Source of the DNA: TPA_inf: Saccharomyces
Lineage: Eukaryota
Assembly: GCA_000146045.2 (NCBI GenBank)
Contig: BK006938.2
Location: 448,001 to 512,000 of the forward strand
Length of the DNA stretch: 64,000 bases
Reading direction: 5' to 3'
The position numbers and the translations under genes were made by a program. A model generated the notes under the pieces. It had not been told where the DNA came from. It ran no database searches and saw only the letters and a program-made list of their open reading frames with translations. This document shows, piece by piece, positions 10,542 through 20,900 of the stretch; positions within the stretch are counted from its first letter, which is position 1, and the number at the start of each line of letters is the position of its first letter.

Positions 10542-13247
10542 TTATATTCCTTTTTTATTAACTTTATCTCCTAACATTTCGATATAATGAGGACCGAATA
10601 CGGACCAATGAAGGTTGATTAATGCATATAAGTGGCGATAAACATTCTCGAATTCCTCCAGCTCTGTTGCTGCGAATAAACCTCTGGATGCAATCGCATT
10701 GCCAGTAGGTGTGGTGGTGGAGGTTTTAGAAGGAGACATCAAAGACGGGCTGATTTTAACGCTAGCAGTATCTGTAGTAGTACTCAAAGTGTTAGTGCTA
10801 CCTACGTTGCCATTGTTTGTGTTGTAGAGGTACACAAAGTCTTGTTTAACGCGTCCATCAATTGTGCACTCGGACCTGTTGAAGATAGCGTCCTCTAGTG
10901 ATTTGAATACTCTATTTTCTAGGACACCATAAACTTCACTGAGGGGTTGAGTTTGCTTAGATAACCAAGATTTAGCAAAGGTTATTTTTGAGTTGTCTAA
11001 TGAAGGCAATTGAGGCCTTCTGGCTTGTTCACAACTACCATTGTTGTCGTACTCCCTGTGAAGATCGTCAATAACTTTGCAAAGATGAACAGCAATAGAC
11101 ATTGTGTTTTTAGTCCACCTACAATTGCCGTGTTCATCTGTTATAATGCTGATAATTTCATTCTTCAGCCTTTTAGTTGAGTATGTATGAATAACATATT
11201 CCTTTGTAGCTTTATCCATTGAAGGATCGTTGGCCACCAATTGTTGGAAAAGTAAACGGCAAACTAAAATACAAACAATTTGACGTATATCGGCACGCAA
11301 AAGGATCAATCTTGCATGATCAAAAGAAAGCGGAGTTGGGTACTCTCTCACCATCTTCCTACATGACAATAGGTTAATTATACTTCTAATGCAAATATTG
11401 TAGACATCAGGGATAGTGATAGAACTTGGATTTCTAACAAGGCCAGCGGTAACATTTTCGTTGAATTTTTTATCAAACCAAAGTAGGGAAGTATTTAAAT
11501 TCACCCTTTTAGAGGCTATAAGAGTGTTGAAATACTGTTTCTCAAATTCTACAGCATTACTTAACAGAGCTGGCCTTAGTATTCTTATTTGATGATTGGC
11601 AATATCCAATTTCATTGTTTCCAAAATTTGAAAAACCAACCTTAAACCTTCTATTAACCTTGTTAAAGAAGAGTCTCTTTCAGCTTCTTTAAATTTGTTG
11701 CTCATTTTATCCACCCATGGGTCCCTCATGGGGGCACAATGATGTTTAAATAAATCAGCCAACCAGCCTGACAAGTTAGACATTATCAGAGAACCTTTCA
11801 ATAGTTCTTGAATGTTCAATTCTGTGTCCAGTACATTATTTATCATCGGAGACTCTTTTTGTGGGACTATCGTTAACAATACATCCCTTAAAGTGTCAAA
11901 AAGTGGGACTAGTCTTGACCTGTTATATTGGAATATTTCAGGCCTCTTAGAGTAAACATAAATTTCATTTTGAACATCATTCCAATAGATATTCGCCAAT
12001 TGTCTTTTTTTATTCCCTCTTTCGCCATCAAGATTTGGCCTGAATTGTAGTAGCGGGTCGAATATTATATCATGTCTTAGTTGTGGGTTTTTCAGAATTT
12101 CCTGTAAGTCAATCTCTTTTAAGCCCTGCAAATTTATAGGAGGAAATGGAACAGGCGTTGGAGTAGCCTTTATGTAGTTTATTCTATCTTCCAAAGTTAA
12201 GTCAAAGTTTGAGCTTGATAGGAAGCTTTGATTTGTCATTGAAGTGGCAGTGGAATTATTAATGTTGTCATTATTAGCGTTAGTGCTTGCGTTACCTGAT
12301 ATTTGTTGATTTAAAAAAATTGCGCGCTTTAATGAAAGAGGGTTTGAACTGAGAGGATTATTAGAATGCAAATATGGTTGATGATGGTTTCTAGAAAATT
12401 TTTTCTTTGATATGCCGGAAGGAGTTGGATGATTTAAAAGAATATTTTGATTACGATAGTATTGATTGTGGGATGATAATTTTCTTAAAGAAGAATGCAA
12501 AATAGTGGGTACGGAATGCGACCTCATTTTTTTATTTGAAAAGATCCTTAAAAAGTTAGAAGCATTTCCTGGTGGCTGTTGTTGTGCTGCTTGTTCTTTG
12601 TGTGGTTCCGTTGCTGGTGGCAATTGCGGCGCGGATGCAGACGGTGGTTGCTTTGACGACGGTGGTGGGGAGGGAGATGGATTGTTGATATTAGTATAAA
12701 TATTCTTTGGGGGTATCGAATCAACTTTATTGTTCCTCCTTATTTCTTCTTCATTATCATCGTTTTTCAAGAATTGACCAGTCTTGGTGTCGAACGTCTT
12801 GAATATAGTATTGTCCCTGTCTATAGGGATCTTCAAATCACTACTATTAGCTGAATTGCCACTGCTATCGTTGTTAGTGGCGTTAGTGCTTGCATTCAAA
12901 GACATGGAGGGCGTTATTACGCCGGAGCTCCTCGACAGCAGATCTGATGACTGGTCAATATATTTTTGCATTGAGGCTCTGTTTGGAATTATATTTTGAG
13001 ATGACCCATCTAATGTACTGGTATCACCAGATTTCATGTCGTTTTTTAAAGCGGCTGCTTGAGTCTTAGCAATAGCGTCACCATCTGGTGAATCCTTTGA
13101 AGGAACCACTGACGAAGGTTTGGACAGTGACGAAGAGGATCTTTCCTGCTTTGAATTAGTCGCGCTGGGAGCAGATGACGAGTTGGTGGAGCTGGGGGCA
13201 GGATTGCTGGCCGTCGTGGGTCCTGAATGGGTCCTTGGCTGGTCCAT
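10542..13247 (-). CDS. SOK1: Sok1 (cAMP-pathway suppressor, DUF1752 family), 901 aa; ORF track adds a 29-codon non-ATG extension
   Basis: ATG at 13247 gives MDQPRTHSGP and a 901-aa protein. Very Ser/Asn/Pro-rich N-terminal half. Confidence 0.9.
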   Translation of the reverse strand: MDQPRTHSGPTTASNPAPSSTNSSSAPSATNSKQERSSSSLSKPSSVVPSKDSPDGDAIAKTQAAALKNDMKSGDTSTLDGSSQNIIPNRASMQKYIDQSSDLLSRSSGVITPSMSLNASTNATNNDSSGNSANSSDLKIPIDRDNTIFKTFDTKTGQFLKNDDNEEEIRRNNKVDSIPPKNIYTNINNPSPSPPPSSKQPPSASAPQLPPATEPHKEQAAQQQPPGNASNFLRIFSNKKMRSHSVPTILHSSLRKLSSHNQYYRNQNILLNHPTPSGISKKKFSRNHHQPYLHSNNPLSSNPLSLKRAIFLNQQISGNASTNANNDNINNSTATSMTNQSFLSSSNFDLTLEDRINYIKATPTPVPFPPINLQGLKEIDLQEILKNPQLRHDIIFDPLLQFRPNLDGERGNKKRQLANIYWNDVQNEIYVYSKRPEIFQYNRSRLVPLFDTLRDVLLTIVPQKESPMINNVLDTELNIQELLKGSLIMSNLSGWLADLFKHHCAPMRDPWVDKMSNKFKEAERDSSLTRLIEGLRLVFQILETMKLDIANHQIRILRPALLSNAVEFEKQYFNTLIASKRVNLNTSLLWFDKKFNENVTAGLVRNPSSITIPDVYNICIRSIINLLSCRKMVREYPTPLSFDHARLILLRADIRQIVCILVCRLLFQQLVANDPSMDKATKEYVIHTYSTKRLKNEIISIITDEHGNCRWTKNTMSIAVHLCKVIDDLHREYDNNGSCEQARRPQLPSLDNSKITFAKSWLSKQTQPLSEVYGVLENRVFKSLEDAIFNRSECTIDGRVKQDFVYLYNTNNGNVGSTNTLSTTTDTASVKISPSLMSPSKTSTTTPTGNAIASRGLFAATELEEFENVYRHLYALINLHWSVFGPHYIEMLGDKVNKKGI

Positions 13248-13841
13248 CTCTATTCTGAAAACGGAAGAGGAGTAGGGAATATTACTGGCTGAAAATAAGT
13301 CTTGAATGAACGTATACGCGTATATTTCTACCAATCTCTCAACACTGAGTAATGGTAGTTATAAGAAAGAGACCGAGTTAGGGACAGTTAGAGGCGGTGG
13401 AGATATTCCTTATGGCATGTCTGGCGATGATAAAACTTTTCAAACGGCAGCCCCGATCTAAAAGAGCTGACAGGGAAATGGTCAGAAAAAGAAACGTGCA
13501 CCCGCCCGTCTGGACGCGCCGCTCACCCGCACGGCAGAGACCAATCAGTAAAAATCAACGGTTAACGACATTACTATATATATAATATAGGAAGCATTTA
13601 ATAGAACAGCATCGTAATATATGTGTACTTTGCAGTTATGACGCCAGATGGCAGTAGTGGAAGATATTCTTTATTGAAAAATAGCTTGTCACCTTACGTA
13701 CAATCTTGATCCGGAGCTTTTCTTTTTTTGCCGATTAAGAATTCGGTCGAAAAAAGAAAAGGAGAGGGCCAAGAGGGAGGGCATTGGTGACTATTGAGCA
13801 CGTGAGTATACGTGATTAAGCACACAAAGGCAGCTTGGAGT

Positions 13842-14516
13842 ATGTCTGTTATTAATTTCACAGGTAGTTCTGGTCCATTGGTGAAAGTTTGCGGCTTGCA
13901 GAGCACAGAGGCCGCAGAATGTGCTCTAGATTCCGATGCTGACTTGCTGGGTATTATATGTGTGCCCAATAGAAAGAGAACAATTGACCCGGTTATTGCA
14001 AGGAAAATTTCAAGTCTTGTAAAAGCATATAAAAATAGTTCAGGCACTCCGAAATACTTGGTTGGCGTGTTTCGTAATCAACCTAAGGAGGATGTTTTGG
14101 CTCTGGTCAATGATTACGGCATTGATATCGTCCAACTGCATGGAGATGAGTCGTGGCAAGAATACCAAGAGTTCCTCGGTTTGCCAGTTATTAAAAGACT
14201 CGTATTTCCAAAAGACTGCAACATACTACTCAGTGCAGCTTCACAGAAACCTCATTCGTTTATTCCCTTGTTTGATTCAGAAGCAGGTGGGACAGGTGAA
14301 CTTTTGGATTGGAACTCGATTTCTGACTGGGTTGGAAGGCAAGAGAGCCCCGAAAGCTTACATTTTATGTTAGCTGGTGGACTGACGCCAGAAAATGTTG
14401 GTGATGCGCTTAGATTAAATGGCGTTATTGGTGTTGATGTAAGCGGAGGTGTGGAGACAAATGGTGTAAAAGACTCTAACAAAATAGCAAATTTCGTCAA
14501 AAATGCTAAGAAATAG
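13842..14516 (+). CDS. TRP1: Phosphoribosylanthranilate isomerase, 224 aa
   Basis: MSVINFTGSSGPLVKVCGL PRAI fold. EcoRI site 103 bp upstream of the ATG, as in the classic TRP1 fragment. Confidence 0.97.
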   Translation: MSVINFTGSSGPLVKVCGLQSTEAAECALDSDADLLGIICVPNRKRTIDPVIARKISSLVKAYKNSSGTPKYLVGVFRNQPKEDVLALVNDYGIDIVQLHGDESWQEYQEFLGLPVIKRLVFPKDCNILLSAASQKPHSFIPLFDSEAGGTGELLDWNSISDWVGRQESPESLHFMLAGGLTPENVGDALRLNGVIGVDVSGGVETNGVKDSNKIANFVKNAKK

Positions 14517-14606
14517 GTTATTACTGAGTAGTATTTATTTAAGTATTGTTTGTGCACTTGCCTGCAGGCCTTTTGAAAAGCAAGCATAAAAGATCTAAAC
14601 ATAAAA
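14494..14606. other. ARS1: Replication origin ARS1 (ARS416) core: A element/ACS TTTTATGTTTA on the minus strand (14596-14606), B1-B2 between, and the B3 ABF1 site TCGTCAAAAATGCTAAGA (14494-14511) inside the TRP1 3' end
   Basis: Exact 11/11 ACS. The surrounding AGATCTAAACATAAAATCTGTAAAATAACAAGATG is the textbook ARS1 sequence with its BglII site. Numbering from the upstream EcoRI site (13739) puts the ACS at 858-868, as published. Confidence 0.92.
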
Positions 14607-15145
14607 TCTGTAAAATAACAAGATGTAAAGATAATGCTAAATCATTTGGCTTTTTGATTGATTGTACAGGAAAATATACATCGCAGGGGGTTGACTTTTA
14701 CCATTTCACCGCAATGGAATCAAACTTGTTGAAGAGAATGTTCACAGGCGCATACGCTACAATGACCCGATTCTTGCTAGCCTTTTCTCGGTCTTGCAAA
14801 CAACCGCCGGCAGCTTAGTATATAAATACACATGTACATACCTCTCTCCGTATCCTCGTAATCATTTTCTTGTATTTATCGTCTTTTCGCTGTAAAAACT
14901 TTATCACACTTATCTCAAATACACTTATTAACCGCTTTTACTATTATCTTCTACGCTGACAGTAATATCAAACAGTGACACATATTAAACACAGTGGTTT
15001 CTTTGCATAAACACCATCAGCCTCAAGTCGTCAAGTAAAGATTTCGTGTTCATGCAGATAGATAACAATCTATATGTTGATAATTAGCGTTGCCTCATCA
15101 ATGCGAGATCCGTTTAACCGGACCCTAGTGCACTTACCCCACGTT

Positions 15146-15162
15146 CGGTCCACTGTGTGCCG
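15146..15162. promoter_or_regulatory. UASgal Gal4 site CGG-N11-CCG (CGGTCCACTGTGTGCCG)
   Basis: Perfect CGG(N11)CCG about 270 bp upstream of the GAL3 ATG. GAL3 is known to carry a single Gal4 site. Confidence 0.85.
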
Positions 15163-15433
15163 AACATGCTCCTTCACTATTTTAACATGTGGAATTCTTG
15201 AAAGAATGAAATCGCCATGCCAAGCCATCACACGGTCTTTTATGCAATTGATTGACCGCCTGCAACACATAGGCAGTAAAATTTTTACTGAAACGTATAT
15301 AATCATCATAAGCGACAAGTGAGGCAACACCTTTGTTACCACATTGACAACCCCAGGTATTCATACTTCCTATTAGCGGAATCAGGAGTGCAAAAAGAGA
15401 AAATAAAAGTAAAAAGGTAGGGCAACACATAGT

Positions 15434-16996
15434 ATGAATACAAACGTTCCAATATTCAGTTCTCCGGTCAGAGATTTACCAAGGTCTTTCGAACAAAAAC
15501 ATTTAGCGGTTGTAGATGCATTTTTCCAAACATACCATGTCAAACCTGATTTTATCGCTAGGTCTCCTGGCAGAGTAAATCTGATTGGTGAGCATATAGA
15601 TTATTGCGATTTTTCAGTTTTGCCATTAGCCATTGATGTGGATATGCTTTGCGCAGTTAAAATTTTAGACGAAAAAAATCCATCCATTACCTTAACAAAT
15701 GCGGACCCTAAATTTGCTCAGCGAAAGTTTGATCTGCCTTTAGATGGTTCCTACATGGCCATAGATCCGTCTGTGTCGGAATGGTCGAATTACTTTAAAT
15801 GCGGACTACATGTGGCACATTCATACTTGAAAAAAATTGCTCCGGAAAGATTTAATAATACACCCTTAGTAGGTGCGCAGATCTTTTGCCAGAGCGATAT
15901 TCCTACTGGTGGTGGACTCTCATCTGCATTTACTTGCGCGGCAGCACTAGCCACAATTAGAGCCAATATGGGAAAAAATTTTGATATTTCCAAAAAAGAC
16001 TTGACCCGCATCACAGCGGTTGCTGAGCACTATGTTGGAGTCAATAATGGTGGTATGGATCAAGCAACGTCTGTTTATGGGGAAGAAGATCATGCTCTAT
16101 ACGTAGAGTTTAGGCCAAAACTAAAGGCCACACCTTTCAAGTTTCCTCAATTGAAAAATCATGAAATCAGTTTCGTCATCGCCAATACTCTTGTAAAGTC
16201 TAATAAATTCGAAACTGCTCCTACAAATTACAATTTAAGAGTAATAGAGGTAACAGTTGCTGCCAACGCCTTGGCGACCAGATACAGCGTGGCCTTACCA
16301 TCTCACAAGGACAATTCTAACTCAGAAAGAGGGAATCTAAGAGATTTTATGGATGCTTACTACGCCAGATACGAAAACCAAGCCCAACCATGGAATGGAG
16401 ATATCGGAACTGGTATTGAACGTTTACTCAAGATGCTACAATTGGTAGAAGAATCTTTCTCGAGGAAAAAGAGCGGATTCACTGTACATGAAGCCTCTAC
16501 GGCGCTAAACTGTTCACGTGAGGAGTTCACTAGAGATTACCTGACAACTTTTCCCGTCCGCTTCCAAGTCTTGAAACTATATCAAAGAGCTAAACACGTT
16601 TACTCCGAATCCTTAAGGGTGCTTAAGGCTTTAAAAATGATGACAAGTGCCACTTTTCACACGGACGAAGATTTCTTTACAGATTTTGGCCGACTAATGA
16701 ATGAGTCCCAGGCCTCTTGTGATAAACTTTATGAATGTTCGTGCATAGAAACCAATCAAATATGCTCGATTGCCCTAGCAAATGGTTCTTTCGGCTCCCG
16801 TCTCACTGGCGCTGGTTGGGGCGGTTGCACTATCCACCTTGTTCCTAGTGGCGCTAATGGGAACGTGGAACAGGTACGAAAAGCACTAATCGAAAAATTC
16901 TACAATGTAAGATATCCGGATCTCACAGATGAAGAACTAAAAGACGCAATTATAGTTTCGAAGCCTGCCTTGGGTACTTGTTTGTACGAACAATAA
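15434..16996 (+). CDS. GAL3: Galactokinase-like transcriptional inducer (GHMP kinase fold), 520 aa
   Basis: Galactokinase signature [12 protein letters not shown] and GHMP motif [15 protein letters not shown]. Lies 3' of TRP1-ARS1. Confidence 0.97.
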
Positions 16997-17313
16997 CACT
17001 AAACACCTTCTTGGAACAACCTTTAAATATTAAAAGTTTACTCATACCTCTTACACTCTATAAAGAAACAAGTTGGTGAGTCCAATAGAACCCATTCCAG
17101 CATCCGATGCAACCATAGCCCGGTTGATGCGAGTCAGAGTGGCTCCGCACACAGAGGTTATGTGACCATGGTAACCGTACACATTTTTCCACGGCAAGGA
17201 AGTGGCGCGAAAGAAGCACCGCCCTCCACGGATCACCCCATTTGGAAAAGAACGGAGACATAAAAAAAAATTACCTTCACGCCAGACTATGTATGACTCG
17301 TAGAAATCTAGCA

Positions 17314-17342
17314 TCCGCGGAGCTATTTTAAGTTTCCGCGGA
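17314..17342. promoter_or_regulatory. Two perfect PDREs TCCGCGGA (17314-17321 and 17335-17342), Pdr1/Pdr3 binding sites
   Basis: Two exact palindromic octamers 13 bp apart, about 580 bp upstream of the SNQ2 ATG. Confidence 0.85.
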
Positions 17343-17918
17343 TGCCTTTCGATCCTTTCCCAGTCGTCTGGTTCCGCGCACATATGACTAAATGTCCGCC
17401 CATTTCCGTTTAAATCCGTTTTCTATTTTCTTTAGGTCTTTCCATTGTATTCCCTGCAACCCCGCTGGGTATTGGTATTACTAATAGTGACTACGCAACA
17501 TCAACATATAAAACAAATGATGAGTAGTGCCCCTCCCTCACCGCTATCGCCTCACCACTTTTTATGCTTGTATATGCTTGTAGATAAATAAATACCTAAC
17601 GAAAACAATATATACGAACCTAGTGTATTTGTATCTTTTGTTTTTCAAGTTGAAGTGTTGCGAGGTCAAAAAAAAAAAAGCTCACTGTAGGATATAGGAG
17701 TTACTATATCACCAGTGCATTACATTCTCAGTGCATCCATCGTCTTCAACATTGATTATTTTCTCCTTCCATTGATTAGAGTTCAAGCTCCCTGAGAAAA
17801 CGAAGGTATAGCGGACGTACCCGCAGAGACATAAAAAAAGAAAAACTATATCGAAGACCGAAAGCAGTAAAAAAGTGGATAGAATAACACAGCTACCAAA
17901 ATACGTAAAGAGAATTCA

Positions 17919-20900
17919 ATGAGCAATATCAAAAGCACGCAAGATAGCTCTCATAATGCTGTCGCTAGAAGCTCAAGCGCTTCTTTTGCAGCTTCAGAAG
18001 AATCATTTACGGGCATAACCCATGACAAAGATGAGCAGAGCGATACCCCGGCGGATAAACTAACAAAAATGCTGACAGGACCTGCAAGAGACACTGCGAG
18101 CCAGATTAGTGCCACTGTGTCTGAAATGGCGCCAGATGTCGTATCTAAAGTGGAGTCATTTGCAGATGCACTATCCCGTCATACAACGAGAAGCGGTGCC
18201 TTTAATATGGATTCAGATAGTGACGATGGGTTCGATGCCCATGCCATCTTTGAAAGTTTTGTAAGAGACGCTGATGAGCAAGGCATCCATATCCGCAAGG
18301 CTGGTGTTACCATAGAGGACGTAAGCGCTAAAGGTGTGGATGCGAGTGCCCTAGAAGGTGCTACCTTTGGTAACATTCTTTGTTTACCGTTGACCATCTT
18401 TAAAGGTATTAAGGCTAAGAGGCATCAAAAGATGAGACAGATCATAAGCAATGTCAATGCCCTGGCAGAAGCGGGTGAAATGATTTTGGTTCTTGGAAGG
18501 CCTGGTGCTGGTTGTTCCTCCTTTTTAAAAGTAACAGCTGGTGAAATAGATCAGTTTGCCGGTGGTGTTTCCGGTGAAGTAGCATATGATGGTATTCCCC
18601 AAGAAGAAATGATGAAACGATATAAAGCAGATGTTATTTACAATGGTGAGTTGGATGTTCATTTCCCTTATTTAACAGTTAAGCAAACTTTGGATTTCGC
18701 TATTGCCTGCAAAACGCCTGCTCTCAGAGTCAATAACGTTTCCAAAAAGGAATACATTGCATCCAGAAGAGATTTATATGCAACCATTTTCGGTCTAAGG
18801 CATACCTATAATACCAAAGTTGGTAACGATTTCGTTAGAGGTGTATCTGGTGGTGAACGTAAGCGTGTTTCCATTGCCGAGGCTTTGGCAGCCAAAGGTT
18901 CCATTTACTGTTGGGATAATGCCACTAGAGGTTTGGATGCGTCTACGGCCTTAGAATACGCAAAAGCCATCCGTATTATGACAAACTTATTGAAATCAAC
19001 CGCTTTTGTTACAATTTATCAGGCAAGTGAAAACATTTACGAAACATTTGATAAAGTCACTGTCCTTTATTCTGGTAAGCAAATTTATTTTGGTTTGATC
19101 CACGAGGCAAAACCTTATTTCGCAAAAATGGGTTATTTGTGTCCTCCAAGGCAAGCAACAGCTGAATTTTTAACCGCGTTGACTGATCCAAATGGATTCC
19201 ATCTGATCAAGCCAGGTTATGAAAATAAAGTACCAAGAACCGCTGAGGAATTCGAAACATATTGGTTAAATTCTCCAGAGTTTGCTCAAATGAAAAAAGA
19301 TATCGCTGCTTATAAAGAGAAGGTCAATACCGAAAAGACTAAAGAAGTTTATGACGAATCGATGGCTCAAGAGAAATCCAAATATACGAGAAAGAAGTCT
19401 TATTATACAGTGTCATATTGGGAACAAGTTAAACTGTGTACCCAACGTGGGTTCCAAAGAATTTACGGTAACAAGAGTTATACAGTCATCAATGTCTGCT
19501 CTGCAATAATTCAATCTTTTATTACTGGATCATTATTTTACAATACCCCTTCATCCACTTCCGGTGCTTTTTCAAGAGGTGGTGTGTTGTATTTTGCGCT
19601 ACTATATTATTCTTTGATGGGACTGGCGAATATTTCTTTTGAACATAGGCCAATCTTACAAAAGCACAAGGGCTATTCTTTGTATCATCCTTCAGCTGAG
19701 GCAATTGGCTCCACTCTGGCATCTTTCCCCTTCAGAATGATTGGTTTGACCTGTTTCTTTATCATTTTATTCTTCCTATCTGGGTTGCACAGAACAGCGG
19801 GATCATTTTTTACCATCTATTTGTTCTTAACCATGTGTTCAGAGGCGATCAATGGTTTATTTGAGATGGTTTCTTCAGTATGTGACACTCTTTCTCAAGC
19901 TAACTCTATCTCGGGTATTCTGATGATGTCTATCTCAATGTACTCTACCTATATGATCCAATTGCCTTCGATGCATCCATGGTTTAAATGGATATCGTAC
20001 GTACTACCTATCAGGTACGCCTTCGAGTCGATGTTAAATGCCGAATTTCACGGTAGGCATATGGATTGTGCTAACACTCTAGTACCCAGTGGAGGAGACT
20101 ATGATAATTTATCCGATGACTACAAAGTATGTGCTTTTGTTGGTTCGAAACCAGGTCAGTCTTATGTGCTTGGTGATGACTACCTTAAAAATCAATTTCA
20201 GTACGTTTATAAGCACACGTGGAGAAACTTTGGTATCTTGTGGTGCTTTTTACTGGGTTATGTTGTTTTGAAAGTGATATTCACAGAATATAAGAGGCCT
20301 GTGAAAGGTGGTGGTGATGCTCTTATCTTCAAGAAAGGATCAAAAAGATTTATCGCACATGCAGATGAAGAATCTCCAGACAATGTCAATGATATAGATG
20401 CCAAAGAGCAATTCTCCAGTGAAAGTAGCGGCGCAAATGATGAAGTATTTGATGATTTAGAAGCCAAAGGTGTTTTCATTTGGAAGGACGTATGCTTTAC
20501 TATTCCATATGAAGGCGGTAAGAGAATGCTTTTGGATAATGTTTCAGGTTATTGTATTCCAGGTACCATGACGGCCTTGATGGGAGAGTCAGGTGCTGGT
20601 AAAACAACTTTGTTAAATACTCTTGCTCAAAGAAATGTCGGTATCATTACTGGTGATATGCTTGTCAATGGACGTCCCATTGATGCGAGTTTCGAAAGGC
20701 GTACAGGTTATGTACAACAACAGGATATACATATCGCAGAGTTAACTGTTAGGGAATCGTTGCAGTTTTCTGCTCGTATGCGTCGCCCTCAGCATTTGCC
20801 TGATTCTGAAAAAATGGATTATGTGGAAAAAATCATCAGAGTTTTGGGAATGGAAGAGTATGCGGAAGCCCTTGTTGGTGAGGTTGGTTGTGGTTTAAAC

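Noticed and set aside
12466-12999. Plus-strand ORFs inside SOK1 (Gly/Cys-rich 77 aa and a 71-aa ORF)
   Set aside because: Antisense to Ser/Pro-rich SOK1 coding sequence. The Gly/Cys bias is the complement of the SOK1 codon bias.
14252-14602. 116-codon minus ORF overlapping the TRP1 3' end and ARS1 (YDR008C-like)
   Set aside because: Antisense to TRP1 and covers the origin's B elements. Known class of dubious ORF.
17051-17383. 110-codon minus ORF upstream of SNQ2 (YDR010C-like)
   Set aside because: Contains both PDREs. More parsimonious as SNQ2 regulatory DNA; weak codon usage.
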